Below, piece by piece: positions 60,588 through 64,000 of a stretch of 64,000 nucleotides of DNA. The DNA is taken from positions 1 through 64,000 of the forward strand of contig JBDHHQ010000008.1 of NCBI GenBank assembly GCA_039589315.1, written 5' to 3'. The DNA is from Gemmatimonadota bacterium (lineage in GTDB: Bacteria > Gemmatimonadota > Gemmatimonadetes > Longimicrobiales > Gaopeijiaceae). The position numbers and the translations under genes were made by a program. The first letter of the stretch is position 1. Each line of letters begins with the position of its first letter. The notes under the pieces were generated by a model, which did not search any database, was not told the DNA's origin, and saw nothing but the letters and a program-made list of their open reading frames with translations.

Positions 60588-63326
60588 ATGGCACATACCC
60601 CGAACCCTCCCAGGCCGGAGCTCCTGGAGGCGACTGTTCCCGGGGCTCCGGCGCCCCCCGCCGTACCCTCCGTCAGCACCTCCAGACCCTGGGTCCCCCC
60701 GTCCGCGGCCCTACCGCACGGCGGTGGGATCGGCGTCGAGGCCAGCCAGCAGCGAGACTACGTCCGGCTCACGGGAGCGCGGCCGGCAGTCACGGGCCGC
60801 TTCTTCCACACGAATGGCAGGAAGACCTACCTGACCGGCGTGACCTATGGGACCTTCCGACCCCGAGGGGACGGAACGGACTATCCCGAGCCCGACGTCG
60901 TCGACCGGGACTTCCAGGTGATGCGGGCCGCCGGCTTGACCTCGGTCAGGACCTATACGCCGCCGCCGGGCTGGTTGCTGGACCTCGCCGCCGAGAACGG
61001 GCTCCTCGTCATGGTGGGGCTCCCGTGGACCCAGCACGTGACGTTCCTCGACGACCGCCGGGTGGTACGGCAGATCCGCAAGCAGGTGCGTGACGGAGCC
61101 CGACGCATCGCCGGCCATCCGGCGCTGCTCGGGTTCGCGGTGGGGAACGAGATTCCGGCCCCGATCGTCCGCTGGCATGGGCGGGGGAAGGTGGAGCGGT
61201 TCATTTCCCACCTCCACGACATCGCCAAGTCCGAAGATCCCGACGCGCTGGTCACGTACGTCAACTATCCGACCACCGAGTACCTGGAGCTCCCGTTTCT
61301 CGACTTCGTCTCCTTCAACGTCTACCTCGAGACGCGCGGCCGCCTCGAGGCCTACCTGGCGCGCCTGCACAACCTCGCAGGCGAGCGCCCTTTGGTGATG
61401 GCTGAGATCGGTCTGGACAGCCTGCGCAACGGTCGGGAGCGACAAGCGGAGGCCCTGCGCTGGCAGCTGGAAGCGGTGCTGGGGTCCGGATGCGCCGGCG
61501 CGTATGTCTTCGCCTGGACGGACGAATGGCATCGCGGCGGGCTCGACATTCACGACTGGGACTTCGGACTCACGGCTCGGGATCGCACGCCCAAGCCGGC
61601 CCTGACCGCCGTGGCGGAGGCCTTCGCCCGAGCGCCTATCGACACGCGGGAGCGCCTACCGCGGATCTCGGTCGTCGTCTGCACCCATAACGGGAGCCGG
61701 ACGATCAGGCAGGCCCTACGGCACCTCGCCGCGCTGGACTACCCGGACTTCGAAGTGATCGTGGTGGACGACGGCTCGACGGACGGGACTCTCGAGATCG
61801 TCCGGGAGTTCGACGTACGGGTCGTGTCTACGGAGAATCGGGGGCTCAGCAGCGCCCGCAATACAGGGGCGGAGGTGGCCACGGGCGAGATCGTGGCCTA
61901 CATCGACGATGACGCCTATCCCGAGGCTCACTGGCTGCACTATCTGGGCAAGGCCTTTCGGGAATCGGACTACGCGGCAGTCGGAGGGCCCAACGTCCTG
62001 CCCCCGGGGTCTCCCATGGTGGCGGAGTGTGTGAAGCACGCTCCCGGGGGGCCCACGCACGTTCTGCTCACAGACCAGGTGGCGGAGCATCTGCCCGGCT
62101 GCAATCTGGCCGTGCGGCGGGACCGCTTGGCCGAGGTGGGTGGCTTCGACCCTCAGTTCCGGGCCGCCGGCGACGACGTGGACCTGTGCTGGCGTCTGCA
62201 GCAGAATGGGTGGGAGCTGGGCTTTCACGCTGGAGCCGTCGTGTATCACCACTCGCGGGCTTCGGTGCGGGACTACTGGCGGCAGCAGCGGGGCTACGGG
62301 AAGGCAGAGGCGCTCCTGGAGCGCAAGTGGCCCGAGAAGTACAACGCGGCCGGCCACCTGTCCTGGGGCGGGCGCCTCTATGGACCGGGGTTCTACCACC
62401 ACCTGGGGTGGAGTCCACCCCGTGTCTACTACGGGACCTGGGGCAACGCACCCTTCCAGAGGCTCTACCATCCCAGCTCGAACTTCATGCTTTCGGTGGT
62501 GATGGTACCGGAGTGGCATCTGGCCACGACCACCTTGGCGCTGCTCTCTCTGTTGGGCTTCCTCTGGGCGCCGCTTCTCTGGGCCATACCGGCTTTGCTG
62601 GTCGCCCTGCTGCTGCCCCTCGCGCAAGCCCTTCGCGCCACGGTCCGATCGGGCAGGGACCGCGCGCCCAACGGGGCGTGGAGTCAACTCCGCTTCTTCG
62701 GCACGACGGCGTTTCTCCATCTGACGCAGCCGTTCGTTCGGCTGTGGGGACGCTTCCATGAGGGGTTGACCCCATGGCGACGCCGAGGGCACGGCCGCGC
62801 CTCGTTCCCTCGACCACGGACCGTATCCCTCTGGAGCGAGGCGTGGCGGTCGCCGGAGGAGTGGCTGCGGCGGGCGGAGGCACGGCTGCGAGCCGTCGGG
62901 CTCGTGCCTCGGCGCGGGGACTGGCACGACCGCTGGGACCTCGAGGTCGGCGCGGGCCTGTGGGGCGGCGCCAGGACCGTCATGACCGTGGAGGAGCACG
63001 GTGCCGGGCGGCAGTTCGTGCGCTTCCGCCTCTGGCCAGTCGTCAGGTCCAGAGTGATCTGGGCGACTGCGCTCGGGTTGTTGGCGCTCGGCGTGCTAGC
63101 GTCGCTGGACGCTGCGCTGGGGGCTTCCCTCGGACTGCTCGTGCTCGCCCTGACCGTCGCCTCCTGGATCCTCCGGAGCTGCGCGTCCGTGAGCGGTTCG
63201 ATGCTCCAGGCCTTGCAGTCCCTGGCTCCTGATCTCGAGACCGAACCGCAGCAGGGGTCAGCGATGAGCGACTCCCTGTCCCCGGTCGGACGGGCCATGG
63301 GATCGTCGGAGGCCCAGGGGGTCTGA
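60588..63326 (+). CDS. Fusion of a clan GH-A TIM-barrel glycoside hydrolase, a family 2 glycosyltransferase and C-terminal TM helices
   Basis: GH: RTY, AVGNE, MAEIG, YVFAWTDEW, FGL; GT2: VVCTHN, VVDDGSTD, IDDD, GDDVD; AAGGAG RBS. Confidence 0.85.
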   Translation: MAHTPNPPRPELLEATVPGAPAPPAVPSVSTSRPWVPPSAALPHGGGIGVEASQQRDYVRLTGARPAVTGRFFHTNGRKTYLTGVTYGTFRPRGDGTDYPEPDVVDRDFQVMRAAGLTSVRTYTPPPGWLLDLAAENGLLVMVGLPWTQHVTFLDDRRVVRQIRKQVRDGARRIAGHPALLGFAVGNEIPAPIVRWHGRGKVERFISHLHDIAKSEDPDALVTYVNYPTTEYLELPFLDFVSFNVYLETRGRLEAYLARLHNLAGERPLVMAEIGLDSLRNGRERQAEALRWQLEAVLGSGCAGAYVFAWTDEWHRGGLDIHDWDFGLTARDRTPKPALTAVAEAFARAPIDTRERLPRISVVVCTHNGSRTIRQALRHLAALDYPDFEVIVVDDGSTDGTLEIVREFDVRVVSTENRGLSSARNTGAEVATGEIVAYIDDDAYPEAHWLHYLGKAFRESDYAAVGGPNVLPPGSPMVAECVKHAPGGPTHVLLTDQVAEHLPGCNLAVRRDRLAEVGGFDPQFRAAGDDVDLCWRLQQNGWELGFHAGAVVYHHSRASVRDYWRQQRGYGKAEALLERKWPEKYNAAGHLSWGGRLYGPGFYHHLGWSPPRVYYGTWGNAPFQRLYHPSSNFMLSVVMVPEWHLATTTLALLSLLGFLWAPLLWAIPALLVALLLPLAQALRATVRSGRDRAPNGAWSQLRFFGTTAFLHLTQPFVRLWGRFHEGLTPWRRRGHGRASFPRPRTVSLWSEAWRSPEEWLRRAEARLRAVGLVPRRGDWHDRWDLEVGAGLWGGARTVMTVEEHGAGRQFVRFRLWPVVRSRVIWATALGLLALGVLASLDAALGASLGLLVLALTVASWILRSCASVSGSMLQALQSLAPDLETEPQQGSAMSDSLSPVGRAMGSSEAQGV

Positions 63327-63335
63327 GGCTCGTGG

Positions 63336-63384
63336 GCCACGGAGCCAACCGCCCGGCGGGGCGCCGGTCCAGGGGCTCCGTGGC
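63336..63384 (+). terminator. Hairpin downstream of the GH-GT2 gene
   Basis: Perfect 11-bp arms GCCACGGAGCC/GGCTCCGTGGC; large loop and no U tract. Confidence 0.35.
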
Positions 63385-63690
63385 GGCGCAGCGGGCGATG
63401 TCCCCGGTCTGGGGCCGGTTGCAGGTACACCCTCACGACGCGTTCCAACCGGACGGCCGACGGTCGGTGGAAGCGGCCCTGGAGGACGACTATGTTGGGG
63501 CGTTCTCCTCGGTCCCACACCGATTCGATTCTCCTGTGCCTGATGATATCGGGCGTACGGGGGCGCCGCACCGAATGCACAGTCCCTTCCGGGAGCGCCG
63601 TCCCGGCACACTCCCGTATGGCTCGAAGCGGGCATGGACCGGGGGTAGGCGTCGCTTGGAGGACGTCGCGCGTGGGGAGGTGCCGGGCGA

Positions 63691-64000
63691 ATGAGCCTGG
63701 ATCGGCTGACCGCATGGCGAGTGGTGGCGCTCGGGGGGTCTCTCGTGGCCGCCCTGGCGGTCACCACGCGTCCAGCCCCGGCTCAGGAAGCGGCGGGGGC
63801 CGCCGCCGTCCGCGTCTTCCTGGACTGCCAGACCCGCGGCTGCGACTTCGACCACTTCCGCCGTGAGATCCGTTTCGTCAACTGGGTCATCGATCGCGCG
63901 GACGGTGACGTTCACGTCCTGATCACCTCCCAGGCATCGGGGGCGGGGCGCGCTTTCACGTTGGCGTTCATCGGCCTTGGAAGGTTCGAGGGAGATGACG
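63691..64000 (+). CDS. Exported hypothetical protein, truncated by the window edge
   Basis: GGAGG RBS, signal peptide (VVALGGSLVAALAV...APA-Q), then VFLDCQTRGCDFDHFRREIRFVNWV..DVHVLIT; frame open to the end. Confidence 0.75.
   Translation, partial: MSLDRLTAWRVVALGGSLVAALAVTTRPAPAQEAAGAAAVRVFLDCQTRGCDFDHFRREIRFVNWVIDRADGDVHVLITSQASGAGRAFTLAFIGLGRFEGDD

Noticed and set aside
63332..63866. ORFs 63332-63694 and 63492-63866 (the latter has a GGAGG RBS)
   Set aside because: Non-globular composition; the second overlaps the better-supported gene at 63691
60179..64000. Integrated element at tRNA-Met
   Set aside because: No integrase, att duplication or obvious compositional shift within the window

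Overview
A very GC-rich (about 70% by eye) chromosomal housekeeping supercluster from a diderm bacterium (lolA, lnt, outer-membrane barrel). Gene content and order suggest Gemmatimonadota, but that is an inference. About 60 genes are present, and all but two lie on the + strand, many joined by 4-nt NTGA stop/start overlaps. The order is TPR-aroQ-efp-accB-accC-comB-ftsK-lolA-rimO-OMP-oxidoreductase-lnt; rpmE-prfA-prmC; ylbF-like, CDP-alcohol phosphotransferase, ino1; tmk-ctpA-CMD-obgE-dprA-hemW-hrcA-dnaJ-prmA; yqeY-mutS2-dnaG-Zn ribbon-recJ-rsmD-coaD-pta; an RsbV/RsbW/RsbU-like partner switch; rsmA-MFS; rex-exonuclease; thiolase-bioY-hbd-acyl-CoA dehydrogenase-Leu dehydrogenase-glyA; two small conserved hypotheticals; nnrE/D-propeller-thiL-plsC-eno-ftsB. 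It ends with a minus-strand SPFH gene, tRNA-Met(CAT), a glycoside hydrolase-GT2 fusion and a truncated exported protein. I found no CRISPR array, prophage, integrase or transposase. The best leads are an inositol-lipid gene pair with a YlbF-like gene, a non-CIRCE 16-mer shared by the hrcA and dnaJ upstream regions, a candidate L31 leader RNA, a perfect Rex operator at rex, probable CTG start codons, a Gfo/Idh/MocA protein lacking its catalytic Lys and His, a leaderless Minf_1886/zinc-ribbon pair, and a GH-A+GT2 fusion with both domains probably on the same side of the membrane. All calls come from motif recognition by eye; no searches were run.
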